Shown here: positions 1-9,560 of the stretch, one piece after another
Layout: each line of letters starts with the position of its first letter
How positions within the stretch are numbered: the stretch's first letter is position 1
Assembly (NCBI GenBank): GCA_007375535.1
Contig: VMEM01000001.1
Span: 103,462 to 167,461 of the forward strand
Source of the DNA: Parcubacteria group bacterium LiPW_41
GTDB taxonomy: Bacteria > Patescibacteriota > Minisyncoccia > UBA6257 > GWB1-50-10
Reading direction: 5' to 3'
DNA length: 64,000 nucleotides
Notes under the pieces: model-generated
Told to the model about the DNA's origin: nothing
Seen by the model: only the letters and a program-made list of their open reading frames with translations
Database searches by the model: none
Program-made: the position numbers and the translations under genes

Positions 1-726
1 ACAATTGAACAATCAGCTATTGCTCTTGGAGGAACCGAACAGACAGTCGCACACGCATCAGACATTCTTGCTTCGCTTATGCTTCGAACAGGAACAAAAA
101 TGGTAGACGATACTTTTTCTCGTGCATTATTTAATGGGCGAGAAGGGGAAGGTGCGCTTACATTTTATACAAAATTTTCAGATCCAAAATCGAAAATATA
201 TACATGGAACCAATCAATGCCATATTCGATTGATGCCTTCGCATCAGAACAAGTTGCAATGATGATTGGATATGAACGAGACGCACAAATAATTAAAGAA
301 AAAAATCAGAATCTTAATTTTGGAGTCGCACCAATTCCACAACCAAAATCTGCAACGAAAGCGATGACTTACCCATTTTACTCTGGATATGCAATAACAA
401 AACAATCAAAACAAAAACCGATTGCGGCAGCATATTTAGTTCGGGCCACACTCGACAAGACTATCGCACAAAAATATATTGAAAAACTTGGTGGAACACC
501 AGCCCTCCTTTCTCTTATTAATGAGAATATTAGCTCTGCAGAAAAAAGTGTATTTGCTCGTCAGGCACTAGTAGCACGCGGATACCCACAAATTGATTCA
601 AAAGAGATAAAAACTATTTTCTCTGAAATGATAGAGTTGGTAATTTCTGGAACTAAAAATCCATCTGATGCGCTTGGGGAAGCACAAACAGAGGTAAATA
701 AACTTTTTGCACGAATAAAGGTATAA
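1..726 (+). CDS. ABC-type extracellular solute-binding protein (sugar-binding family), 5'-truncated by the window edge
   Basis: Frame is open from base 1 (TIEQSAIALGG...); AFASEQVAMMIGY and NFGVAPIPQ segments are typical of family-1 SBPs. Confidence 0.75.
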   Translation, partial: TIEQSAIALGGTEQTVAHASDILASLMLRTGTKMVDDTFSRALFNGREGEGALTFYTKFSDPKSKIYTWNQSMPYSIDAFASEQVAMMIGYERDAQIIKEKNQNLNFGVAPIPQPKSATKAMTYPFYSGYAITKQSKQKPIAAAYLVRATLDKTIAQKYIEKLGGTPALLSLINENISSAEKSVFARQALVARGYPQIDSKEIKTIFSEMIELVISGTKNPSDALGEAQTEVNKLFARIKV

Positions 727-736
727 TACACAATAT

Positions 737-1231
737 ATGAAAGCATCTTTATTTCTCCCAATTATATTAATATTCTTTCTTTTTCTTACCCCTCTAATAT
801 CATTTGGAGCACGAACCAATCTCTCAATATTCGATGGAATAAATATTTGGCAAAACGCATCGTGTGGAGGTAGTACAATTACAGCAACCGAAGGACCAAA
901 AGGACCTTGTGGTTTTTGTGATGCCATTGTTATTGCGTCAAATGTAATGGACTACATGTTTGATCTTGTATTTTATATATTATTTCCAGTATTTTTTGCC
1001 TGGGGAGGAATCCAGTTTATGCTTTCCCAAGGAAACCCAAGCAAGGTAAAGCAGGCAAAACAAATACTCGTTAGCACTGTTATAGGGTTCATTATTGCGG
1101 CGGCTGCATGGCTCATAATGGGACTCTTTTTTCATCTCCTTTCAAGTGTTTCAAGTGGTGTGAACCCAACTCCTGAGAATGTGACTCCATCTATCAATCC
1201 ATGGAATAAAATAGACTGTGGAACAAACTAG
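737..1231 (+). CDS. VirB2/TrbC-like CPR pilin (Cys-containing)
   Basis: Signal peptide, two hydrophobic helices joined by SQGNPSKVKQAKQIL, GPCGFCD motif and C-terminal Cys. Confidence 0.75.
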   Translation: MKASLFLPIILIFFLFLTPLISFGARTNLSIFDGINIWQNASCGGSTITATEGPKGPCGFCDAIVIASNVMDYMFDLVFYILFPVFFAWGGIQFMLSQGNPSKVKQAKQILVSTVIGFIIAAAAWLIMGLFFHLLSSVSSGVNPTPENVTPSINPWNKIDCGTN

Positions 1232-1262
1232 ATAATTGGTTTATATTTAATACACAAACGCT

Positions 1263-1580
1263 ATGAAAAAACTTCTCCTCTCAACAATATTGTTTGTTGC
1301 CCCACTTATTTCATTTGGTGCAGTAATTGATTTTCCAAACCCACTTGGAAATGCAAGTTTTGGGGTAATTCTTTCAAAAGTTTTGGTTATTGCAATGTGG
1401 GTTGGTGGGGTCATACTCACCGTCCTAGTGGTGTGGGCAGCTTACACGCTCATGCTCTCAAAAGGAGATCCGGGAGAAATAAAAAAGGCAAAAGCAACAA
1501 TATTGTACGGTATTATAGGCTATGTTATACTTCTTTTTGCAGAGGCGATTCGCAGAATTATTGTGAATCTTCTCACATAA
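1263..1580 (+). CDS. VirB2/TrbC-like CPR pilin
   Basis: Signal peptide, FPNPLG, TM-SKGDPGEIKKAK-TM pattern. Confidence 0.8.
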   Translation: MKKLLLSTILFVAPLISFGAVIDFPNPLGNASFGVILSKVLVIAMWVGGVILTVLVVWAAYTLMLSKGDPGEIKKAKATILYGIIGYVILLFAEAIRRIIVNLLT

Positions 1581-1622
1581 AAGGTCGGATACTAACACAT
1601 ATTTGATACAAATCTGTTATAT

Positions 1623-1985
1623 ATGAACAAAATTTCACGAGCAGCAATTATTGGTCTTTCATTTCTTACTCCAGTACTCGCAATGGCACAAGGAGTCACG
1701 GGTGTCAGCAGCGTTCCTGGACTAATCGGAAAGGTAAATGATTTTGTAAAACTTGCAGTCTCAATTCTTTTTGTACTCGCAACCATCTTTATTATCATTG
1801 CAGCGTTTAAGTATTTGACCGGAAAAGGAGATCCAAACGAAATAAAAAAGGCACAAGCAATGATTGTATGGGCAATCGTCGCAATGGTAGTAGCACTTTT
1901 TGCATGGGCAATTCCTAAAATTGTTATAAGTTTCTTAGGAGTAACTGGAGTTGGCACTATCGACAGCACAGCAACTGGTTTCTAA
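1623..1985 (+). CDS. VirB2/TrbC-like CPR pilin
   Basis: Signal peptide ending AMA, TM-GKGDPNEIKKAQ-TM pattern. Confidence 0.8.
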   Translation: MNKISRAAIIGLSFLTPVLAMAQGVTGVSSVPGLIGKVNDFVKLAVSILFVLATIFIIIAAFKYLTGKGDPNEIKKAQAMIVWAIVAMVVALFAWAIPKIVISFLGVTGVGTIDSTATGF

Positions 1986-1989
1986 AATT

Positions 1990-2023
1990 AAAAAACGCCC
2001 TTGGTAACCCTGGGGTGTTTTTT
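1990..2023 (+). terminator. Intrinsic terminator after the pilin cluster
   Basis: AAAAAACGCCCTTGG-TAAC-CCTGGGGTGTTTTTT hairpin with T tract. Confidence 0.75.
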
Positions 2024-2075
2024 ATTATAAAAATTTGAAAAGAAAACAAATACACACTAGAGTAGAAAGGTGTTT

Positions 2076-2157
2076 GCCGAGGTGGCGGAATTGGTATACG
2101 CGCACGGCTTAGGACCGTGTGGGGCAACCCATAGGAGTTCAAGTCTCCTCCTCGGCA
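2076..2157 (+). tRNA. tRNA-Leu (anticodon TAG), CCA not encoded
   Basis: GCCGAGG...CCTCGGC-A acceptor stem, anticodon arm CACGG-CTTAGGA-CCGTG, long variable arm, GTTCAAGTC T-loop. Confidence 0.95.
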
Positions 2158-2165
2158 CAAAATTA

Positions 2166-3482
2166 ATGGAATTATCAGAAAAAAAAACTCGTTTTATACT
2201 TTTTGGAATTTTATTATTGAGTATTGTTTTGCATACATGGCGACTCCCAATCCCAAGTCGAGCAGTATTTGATGAGGCACACTATGCAACATATGCAGGA
2301 AATTATCGCACTCACACTCCCTTTTTTGATATTCACCCACCACTTGGAAAATTTATATACTCTATCCCGCTCTATGCATATCCAGAAAAATATTCATCAG
2401 ACGCACACTATATAGAATTTATAAACAAAGGAATAATTGTAGAATATAATGAAAAAAATCGGGTGTTTTCAAATTTTCCATATATACCACTTAGAACAAT
2501 GAGTGGTTTTTTTGGAACGCTTTTGGTTCTTTCTATTTTTCTTTTTATAAAAGAACTCACAAAAAATAATATTATTGCACTCTTTTCTGCTTTTTTTATA
2601 ACACTTGAAAATGCGCTTCTCATTGAAACACGTTTTATTTTTCTTGATGGAATTTTTCTAACCTTTTCTTTTTTTGCTTTGTGGCAGTTCTTAAAACAAA
2701 AGGATTCTGGAATTTATTCAGGAATTCTTTGGGGGTGTGCACTCGCAACAAAGCTTGTTGGAATTATTTTCCTTCCTTTTGTTTTATTCCAAAAAATAGA
2801 CTGGTGGAAAAAATGGAAGTTTATAACAGTAGGATTTTTCACCCTTGGAATCCTCTGGGTTGGAATTCAGTGGTATTCTTTTCCCACAGCTCAATGGTAT
2901 GAATTCACAAAATCAATAAATAATGATTTTGCTGAAACAATACCAAAAATATCAAACAAATTATTACCAACAGAAAATCTCGCATTAAAAACTTATCTTT
3001 TATTAAGCGAACTTTCTTGGTCTACCCCAGGATATACAACACTAAAAGGACACAACCAATCAGAGAGTAAGTGGTACGAGTGGCCTTTTATGATTGGATC
3101 ATTTTGTTATAGCGAACCCGCATTTCCATTTTGTTTAATTGGAAACCCAGCATTATGGGGATTTGGATTTTTTTCAATTATTTGGACTTTGTTTTATATG
3201 ATTATTAAAAAATTAAGGGAACAAAAAGTAGACACAATAATCACAACTCTTCTCTTTGGATATTTTTCTACACTCCTTCCTTTCGCAATAATCCCTCGAT
3301 ACGCGCTAATTTGGCAATACTTTTCTTCACTTATTTTTTCTCTGTGTTTAGCAGCATATTGGATAGTTACTTACACTAATACATTAGAAAAAAAATATCG
3401 CATAGCTTCATATGCAATACTAATTTTTATTGTGTGTGTTGGATTTCTTGTTGTTTCTCCAACAACATTTGGAATTCGATAA
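2166..3482 (+). CDS. PMT-like lipid-carrier-dependent glycosyltransferase (protein O-mannosyltransferase family, GT-C)
   Basis: VFDEAHY, FFDIHPPLGK, SKWYEWP and IGNPALW motifs; many TM helices. True start placed at ATG 2166 because the ORF-track extension runs through the tRNA. Confidence 0.8.
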   Translation: MELSEKKTRFILFGILLLSIVLHTWRLPIPSRAVFDEAHYATYAGNYRTHTPFFDIHPPLGKFIYSIPLYAYPEKYSSDAHYIEFINKGIIVEYNEKNRVFSNFPYIPLRTMSGFFGTLLVLSIFLFIKELTKNNIIALFSAFFITLENALLIETRFIFLDGIFLTFSFFALWQFLKQKDSGIYSGILWGCALATKLVGIIFLPFVLFQKIDWWKKWKFITVGFFTLGILWVGIQWYSFPTAQWYEFTKSINNDFAETIPKISNKLLPTENLALKTYLLLSELSWSTPGYTTLKGHNQSESKWYEWPFMIGSFCYSEPAFPFCLIGNPALWGFGFFSIIWTLFYMIIKKLREQKVDTIITTLLFGYFSTLLPFAIIPRYALIWQYFSSLIFSLCLAAYWIVTYTNTLEKKYRIASYAILIFIVCVGFLVVSPTTFGIR

Positions 3483-4370
3483 TTATTTTTTTCTTTTTCT
3501 TCCGTGAAATGCTTCGTGAACCTCATGAAGCTCTTTATTGGTAAGATGTGTATATACTTGTGTTGTTGCAATATTTGCGTGACCCAACATCTCTTGTACT
3601 GAACGAAGATCGGCGCCATTAACCAATAAATCAGTAGCAAACGAATGGCGTAATTGGTGTGGGTGAACCTTTTTTGATATACCCGCTTTTCGCGCATAAA
3701 AATCAACCAGTCGTTGTACCGCTCGAGGGATAATTCGTCCAGTAACATTTCCCGATTTTGAAAGCGAGATAAAAAGTGCCTCTTCAGTATCTCCACGTTT
3801 ATCAAGATATTCCTTTAAATTCTTTTTTGCAGAATCAGAAATAAATACCACACGTAGTTTTTCTCCTTTTCCTCGAACCGAAAACTCTCCACGACTAATA
3901 TCAATATATCGATTCAACGAACACAACTCAGAAACACGAAGTCCTGTAGAAAACAACATTTCCAAAATTGCTCGATCGCGAAGTATACGCAATGATGTTC
4001 CTTCGGGGGCCTTTAGTAATCGCTCAAGCTCCGCATAATCCAAAACCTCAATATCTCTTCGCGCAATTTTAGGAAGCTCGATTGTTTCAGGGGATAACGC
4101 TTTTATGCCACGCTTGATGCAATATTTTAGAAGATTTCGAATTGCAATAACATAATAGCTTTGGGTTACTTTTTTTGTATTCTCCCGCGAAAGCTGTACT
4201 CGAAACCCTCGCACTGATGTGTCGGTAATATCAGAAATATTTTTTATCTCCTGATCTCGCAAAAAACGAGAAAGATACCGCTCATAGTTTTCTCTTGTTT
4301 TTGGCGAACGGTTTTTTTCAATCTCAAGATAGTCAAGATATTCTTTTACAATTTTCTCTGCCTCAGTCAT
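3483..4370 (-). CDS. XerC/XerD-family tyrosine recombinase
   Basis: RDRAILEMLFSTGLRVSEL, GKGEK, HQLRHSFAT, LGHANIATTQVY catalytic motifs; start 4370 lies 7 nt after a TACAAT box. Confidence 0.92.
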   Translation of the reverse strand: MTEAEKIVKEYLDYLEIEKNRSPKTRENYERYLSRFLRDQEIKNISDITDTSVRGFRVQLSRENTKKVTQSYYVIAIRNLLKYCIKRGIKALSPETIELPKIARRDIEVLDYAELERLLKAPEGTSLRILRDRAILEMLFSTGLRVSELCSLNRYIDISRGEFSVRGKGEKLRVVFISDSAKKNLKEYLDKRGDTEEALFISLSKSGNVTGRIIPRAVQRLVDFYARKAGISKKVHPHQLRHSFATDLLVNGADLRSVQEMLGHANIATTQVYTHLTNKELHEVHEAFHGRKRKK

Positions 4371-4520
4371 TACTATCATTGTACTCCAAAAATATTGTGC
4401 GACAAATCAAACTAAGAACCATTGTGTTTTGTTGCTTCTTTCCTTAATTTTGTACCTCACTAAATCCTAAAATTTGTACAAAAAGTGACCTATAACCTCA
4501 GTAAATCACACCATTCACCA

Positions 4521-4594
4521 CACAAAGTGAATAAATCCTCCATTTTTAGAGACTAAATCTCTAAAGTCTCCAAAAAAGGAGGATTTATGAGCAA
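4521..4594. repeat. Palindromic hairpin element, copy A
   Basis: ATAAATCCTCC..GAGACT-AAATCTCTAA-AGTCTC..GGAGGATTTAT; core and flanks match the element at 58081-58164 in inverted orientation. Confidence 0.7.
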
Positions 4595-4598
4595 AAAA

Positions 4599-4627
4599 TT
4601 GACATATTTACTCATTCGTAGTAACAT
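4599..4627 (+). promoter_or_regulatory. Sigma70-type promoter of rpsO (leaderless)
   Basis: TTGACA-17 nt-TAACAT, 8 nt before the ATG. Confidence 0.65.
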
Positions 4628-4635
4628 AGCATCAT

Positions 4636-4902
4636 ATGCTTACGAAGAGGAAAAAGCAGACAGCAATAAAAGATTTTCAGGTACACGACACCGATACCGG
4701 TTCAGCAGAAGTACAGATTGGACTTCTTACCAAACAAATTAAAGCACTTGCTGATCACCTAAAGAAAAATTCAAAAGATCATCACTCACGTCGCGGACTT
4801 CTTATGATGGTTGGAAAGCGACGCCGTTTTTTGCAATATCTTAAGCGAACTGATGAGAAGAAATATGATAAACTCGCCAAGAAACTTGAACTCGAAGCGT
4901 AA
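4636..4902 (+). CDS. rpsO: 30S ribosomal protein S15
   Basis: DTGSAEVQI, KDHHSRRGLLMMVGKRRR motifs. Confidence 0.97.
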   Translation: MLTKRKKQTAIKDFQVHDTDTGSAEVQIGLLTKQIKALADHLKKNSKDHHSRRGLLMMVGKRRRFLQYLKRTDEKKYDKLAKKLELEA

Positions 4903-5467
4903 TACTAGTACAAACACAGAAAATCCCGTATTCCTACATCAGAGAATCGGGATTTTTATTGATGCTCAAAATATTTATCATTCAGCAAAACATCTTTACC
5001 ACTCCCGCGTAAATTTTTCTGAACTAGTAAAATTTTTAACAGGAAACCGGACGCTTGCTCGTGCAGTTGCGTACGTTGCGAAAAGCGATCCAAATACTGG
5101 AGAAGAATCATTTTTTGACGCATTACGAAAATCAGGATTTGAATTACGAATGAAAGATCTTCAGATTTTTTCTGATGGATCAAAAAAAGCTGACTGGGAT
5201 GTTGGGATGGCAGTGGACGCAATCCGTATGGCCCAATCACTTGATGTAATTATTTTAGTAACAGGGGATGGTGATTTCATTCCACTTGTTGAATATCTCC
5301 AGGTCGGGTTAGGAAAACGGGTAGAGGTCGCAGGATTTTCAAAAACAACATCGGGACAACTAAAAGAAGTGGTTGATAGGGTTATCGAACTCGAAAATAT
5401 ACCAAAAATACTTCTTTCAATACATACACGACAAACAAAGCGCAAAGGGAAAAAACAAAATAATTAA
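4865..5467 (+). CDS. NYN domain (LabA/DUF88, PIN-like) putative nuclease; start uncertain
   Basis: IFIDAQN, KADWDVGMAVD, LVTGDGDF acidic motifs; the ATG at 4865 overlaps the rpsO end. Confidence 0.85.
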   Translation: MINSPRNLNSKRNTSTNTENPVFLHQRIGIFIDAQNIYHSAKHLYHSRVNFSELVKFLTGNRTLARAVAYVAKSDPNTGEESFFDALRKSGFELRMKDLQIFSDGSKKADWDVGMAVDAIRMAQSLDVIILVTGDGDFIPLVEYLQVGLGKRVEVAGFSKTTSGQLKEVVDRVIELENIPKILLSIHTRQTKRKGKKQNN

Positions 5468-5492
5468 AAAGCGAGTCTCTCGCTTTTTTTTT
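5466..5492 (+). terminator. Intrinsic terminator
   Basis: AAAAAGCGAG-TCT-CTCGCTTTTTTTTT. Confidence 0.7.
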
Positions 5493-5516
5493 AACTTTCG
5501 AGTATTCTAACACAGT

Positions 5517-7574
5517 ATGAATTTAGAGAAAAAACAATTTCAAACAACGCTCCGAGGCACACCCGTGACGATCGAGGTGTCACGTCTTGCGGGGCAAGCA
5601 AATGCTGCGGTAATTGGTCGCCTTGGTGACACCACAGTTCTTGCAACAGTCGTGATGGGAAAGAAAGATACTGCATTAGACTACTTTCCACTTTCAGTTG
5701 ATTACGAGGAGCGATTTTACGCTTCAGGAAAAATCTTAGGAAGCCGTTTTGTTCGAAGAGAAGGAAAACCATCTGATGATGCTATTCTTTCTGGGCGACT
5801 TATTGACCGAACTATTCGCCCACTCTTTGATGCACGCCTTAGAAGAGAGGTTCAAATTACTATTACCGTTCTAACCTATGACGAGAACAACGATCCAGAA
5901 GAGATCGGACTTCTCTCTGCCTCTACCGCACTTTTAATTTCCGACATTCCTTGGGGGGGGCCAGTTGCAGGAATAAAACAAGAAATAAAAGAAATAGGAG
6001 ATGGAAAAACATATTCATCATTCTTTTCTGGTACAAAAGACTTTATCAACATGATTGAGTTTTCAGGAAAAGAAATTGAAAAAGCAACACTCAAAAAAGT
6101 GTTTATTGACTCACACGAAGAAATTAAAAAACTTGTTTCATTCCAAGAGGGGATCGCAAAAGAAATCGGAAAGGAAAAAGCAGATGTAATGATTCCAGAA
6201 CCAAGCGATGAAGCAAAAAATATGATCCGCACATTTTTACGCGGAAAAATCGAAGACGCACTTCGTACGCGTGGAGTTGAACAATTAAAGAATGACATGT
6301 TTGAGTATCTTCGTACACAAGAAAACTCCGACGAAGCATTACGATATGGAGAATTTCTTTTTGAAGCAGATGTTGACGCATTCGTTCATGACTATGCACT
6401 TAAAGAAGGAAAGCGCGTAGACGGAAGGAGATTTGATGAAATTCGTGATCTTCTTGCTGATGTAAAAATTCTTTCCCGCATGCACGGTTCAGGACTTTTT
6501 ATTCGTGGAGAAACTCAGGTGCTTGCGGTAGCAACACTTGCCGGCCCCTCACAAGAGCAGTTAATTGAAACAATGGAGGGAGTAACAAAAAAGCGATTCA
6601 TGTTGCATTATAATTTCCCAAAGTACTCAACTGGAGAGGTTGGAAGAGCACGAAGTCTTGGGCGTAGAGAAATTGGACATGGAGCACTCGCCTCAAAAGC
6701 AATTGAGCAGGTAATCCCATCAAAAGAAGAATTTCCATATACTATTCGCGTAGTTGCCGAAACACTTTCTTCAAACGGATCATCATCGATGGCAACAACA
6801 TGTGCTACAACACTTGCACTCATGGATGCTGGAGTTCCAATAAAGAAACCAGTTGCAGGTATCGCAATCGGACTTATGACTGGAGAAAAAGGCGAGTATA
6901 AAATACTCACTGACATCCAAGGTCCAGAAGATCATTACGGTGATATGGACTTCAAAGTAACCGGAACGGACGAAGGAGTTACTGCAGTACAAATGGATGT
7001 AAAAATTGGTGGTATTAATCCAGAAATTTTTGAAAACGCAATTAATGCGGCTGAAAAAGCACGATTTCAAATTCTCGAAGTTATGGGGAAAATATTGAAT
7101 ACTTCACGAAAAGAGCTTTCTCCATACGCACCGCTTATTAAAACCCTTTCAATAAACCCAGAAAAAATTGGTTTGGTGATTGGACCAGGAGGAAAAACAA
7201 TAAACGGAATTGTTGCAAAGTGTGGAGGAAATATTGCAATTGATATTGATGAAGACGGAACAGTGTTTGTTTCTGGTATAGATCATGCGGGAGTATTAAA
7301 AGGATTTGATGAGGTTCAGGCGCTTACCAGAGAATATAAAGTGGGGGACATTGTAGAAGGTCCGATCGTAAGAGTTCTTGAATTTGGCGCAATTGTTGAT
7401 CTTGGTGGAGGACAAGATGGAATGGTGCACGTTTCTGAGCTTAAAGAAGGTTTTGTGAAAAAAGTTGAGGACGTGGTAAAACTTGGAGACAGAATCACTG
7501 CAAAAATAATACGTGCAGACGAAGGGAAAATTGGTCTTTCAATGAAAGCAATGAAAGACTTACAAATAAAATAA
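5517..7574 (+). CDS. pnp: Polyribonucleotide nucleotidyltransferase (PNPase)
   Basis: RLIDRTIRPLF, RREIGHG, SNGSSSMA, DHYGDMDFKV, plus KH and S1 domains. Confidence 0.97.
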   Translation: MNLEKKQFQTTLRGTPVTIEVSRLAGQANAAVIGRLGDTTVLATVVMGKKDTALDYFPLSVDYEERFYASGKILGSRFVRREGKPSDDAILSGRLIDRTIRPLFDARLRREVQITITVLTYDENNDPEEIGLLSASTALLISDIPWGGPVAGIKQEIKEIGDGKTYSSFFSGTKDFINMIEFSGKEIEKATLKKVFIDSHEEIKKLVSFQEGIAKEIGKEKADVMIPEPSDEAKNMIRTFLRGKIEDALRTRGVEQLKNDMFEYLRTQENSDEALRYGEFLFEADVDAFVHDYALKEGKRVDGRRFDEIRDLLADVKILSRMHGSGLFIRGETQVLAVATLAGPSQEQLIETMEGVTKKRFMLHYNFPKYSTGEVGRARSLGRREIGHGALASKAIEQVIPSKEEFPYTIRVVAETLSSNGSSSMATTCATTLALMDAGVPIKKPVAGIAIGLMTGEKGEYKILTDIQGPEDHYGDMDFKVTGTDEGVTAVQMDVKIGGINPEIFENAINAAEKARFQILEVMGKILNTSRKELSPYAPLIKTLSINPEKIGLVIGPGGKTINGIVAKCGGNIAIDIDEDGTVFVSGIDHAGVLKGFDEVQALTREYKVGDIVEGPIVRVLEFGAIVDLGGGQDGMVHVSELKEGFVKKVEDVVKLGDRITAKIIRADEGKIGLSMKAMKDLQIK

Positions 7575-7583
7575 TCTTCTTCT

Positions 7584-7614
7584 TAAATACCGCCCTCACA
7601 GGGGGCGGTATTTA
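7584..7614 (+). terminator. Intrinsic terminator after pnp
   Basis: TAAATACCGCCC...GGGCGGTATTTA. Confidence 0.75.
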
Positions 7615-7695
7615 TTTAGTTTTTTAGTTGTAAGCTATAGGGTATTTGTTGCGACGCTTTGCTTGTAACCGCACTCGTTTGCTATACTTTAATTA

Positions 7696-8769
7696 ATGGC
7701 AGATTATCAATTTCCGGGTCAAAATCAGTGGTCGGAAAAACCAGTAATTGGAGCTGGCGAAGGAGAATCACCGCTTGTACCCGCACCGCAAAATGAAATT
7801 ACGATGCGAACAATGGCGTCTGATGTTGCTTCGATGAAAGAAATGGGAGGCGGCGACCCGCGCCCTTATGTTCCAAGCGCTACACCAATTTCACAAACAC
7901 CACCAACTCCAAAACCACCGGAACCACAAACGAAAGTAAATCCAGTTATTAACCCAATGCAAACCACGGAAATTCCAGTAATTCCACTTCCTCCTCAAAA
8001 AAGTGGGAGTGCGTTTGTTATTATTGCAGTAATCCTTATTGTATTAGGATTGGGAGCAATCGGATATTTCTATGTTTATCCTAAATTTATTTCAAGTGAA
8101 ACAGTAGAGGTTGTGGAAGAACAGACAACAGAAGAGATCACAGCTCCACAAGAAGTAATAACAGAAGCAACAACGACTGCAACAACAACAGTGGAAGTTC
8201 CTCCTATATCAGGGCTTGGAAGTCACATCTCCTTATTTAAAACAGCAGCAGATTTCTCCTCTGAGACAACTCTCGCTGTGGAGACAATAGCCGCAATAAA
8301 GGATGCTTGGAAAGGAACAACAGTGGAAGTTCCAGTGTTTAAAGAAACAGTCTTTAAGAGCACAGACGGGAAAATACTTGGACAATCAAAACTTGTACCA
8401 CTCTTTCTTCCGTCGTTCATCACCACATCTTCATCTCAATTGTTCGAAGAAGATTTCACTTTGTTCACCTATACAGATCAAAAAGGTGTTTGGCCAGGAA
8501 TAATTCTTAAAGCAAAAACAGAAACGCTAGAAAAAGCAAAAGAAGAGGCAAAAAAGATAGAATCAAATTTGGAATGGCGCTCACTCTTTATCATTGATCC
8601 AGGAAAAGAACAAACATGGAAAGATGGGAAGGTTGGAAACACAGCCGCTCGATATATTTCCTTTACAACAAAAGGAAACGCACTAAGCTATACATGGTTT
8701 GATAACACACTTCTTATAAGCACAAATTACCAGGGTGCTCAGGACGCAGCAAAGAAGCTTGGCTTCTAA
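7696..8769 (+). CDS. Hypothetical single-pass membrane protein with Pro-rich N-terminus and Thr/Glu-rich linker
   Basis: 357-aa ORF with one TM helix near aa 105-128 and its own TATACT box. Confidence 0.7.
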   Translation: MADYQFPGQNQWSEKPVIGAGEGESPLVPAPQNEITMRTMASDVASMKEMGGGDPRPYVPSATPISQTPPTPKPPEPQTKVNPVINPMQTTEIPVIPLPPQKSGSAFVIIAVILIVLGLGAIGYFYVYPKFISSETVEVVEEQTTEEITAPQEVITEATTTATTTVEVPPISGLGSHISLFKTAADFSSETTLAVETIAAIKDAWKGTTVEVPVFKETVFKSTDGKILGQSKLVPLFLPSFITTSSSQLFEEDFTLFTYTDQKGVWPGIILKAKTETLEKAKEEAKKIESNLEWRSLFIIDPGKEQTWKDGKVGNTAARYISFTTKGNALSYTWFDNTLLISTNYQGAQDAAKKLGF

Positions 8770-8776
8770 TAGTTCT

Positions 8777-9520
8777 ATGCGCGACGCGCATCTAGAGTGG
8801 AATTCAATCGCCGCGGAATACGATATGAAAATCGTACGCGGTGATTTTTTTAGAAATGAGATTCTCGATAAGGCGCTAATACAAAACATTGGAGAAATAA
8901 AAAACAAGACGCTCCTTGATCTTGGTTGTGGCCAAGGATATTTATCAAAAATAATTACATCAGAAGGAACTAATATAATCGGGATAGATATATCAGAAAA
9001 TTTAATTGAGATCGCAAACAAGCGATATAAAAAAGAGGGGACCTCATTTGTTGTTGGAAATATCGAAGAAAAACTACCGTTTGAAGACAACGCTTTTGAT
9101 ACAACCATTTCAAATATGGTCTTTATGGATATAGAAAACCCAAAAAAAACAATAAAAGAAATTGTTCGCGTTACCAAGAATGGGGGAACTTTTATTTTCT
9201 CAGTGCTTCATCCAATATTCACCAGTGGCATCATTCACAAACCAATAAAAGATTTTCTTTTGCATAAACCACCATCATTCCTAATAAGCAATTATAAAAA
9301 AGAGAAACAAATGATGTGGAATATACTTAACACAACAAAGAAAACCACCGTCTACCACAGACCAATAGAATTTTATATACAACTCCTCCTTGATCAAAAC
9401 ATATCACTTTTAGGAATTGAGGAGTTAACACTTCCAGAAAAGCACAACGAAAACGGTTTTCAAACAATGCTTCACTCAATACCTATGTTCCTCATGGTAA
9501 AAGGAATTATCAACAAATGA
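8777..9520 (+). CDS. Class I SAM-dependent methyltransferase
   Basis: LLDLGCGQG motif I, GIDIS, LPFEDNAFD. Confidence 0.9.
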   Translation: MRDAHLEWNSIAAEYDMKIVRGDFFRNEILDKALIQNIGEIKNKTLLDLGCGQGYLSKIITSEGTNIIGIDISENLIEIANKRYKKEGTSFVVGNIEEKLPFEDNAFDTTISNMVFMDIENPKKTIKEIVRVTKNGGTFIFSVLHPIFTSGIIHKPIKDFLLHKPPSFLISNYKKEKQMMWNILNTTKKTTVYHRPIEFYIQLLLDQNISLLGIEELTLPEKHNENGFQTMLHSIPMFLMVKGIINK

Positions 9521-9560
9521 GAAATTTGCAATTAATAGTGAGACGCGTTATTTTAAACGT

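Noticed and set aside
2070-2165. ORF-track N-terminal extension of the glycosyltransferase
   Set aside because: It is simply tRNA-Leu read in frame; ATG 2166 is the plausible start
2076-4379. tRNA + cargo + integrase as a genomic island
   Set aside because: No duplicated tRNA-Leu 3' end was found, and the recombinase looks like a housekeeping XerC/D
4380-4600. dif site beside the xer gene
   Set aside because: No match to the 11-6-11 dif consensus seen, and the region is origin-proximal
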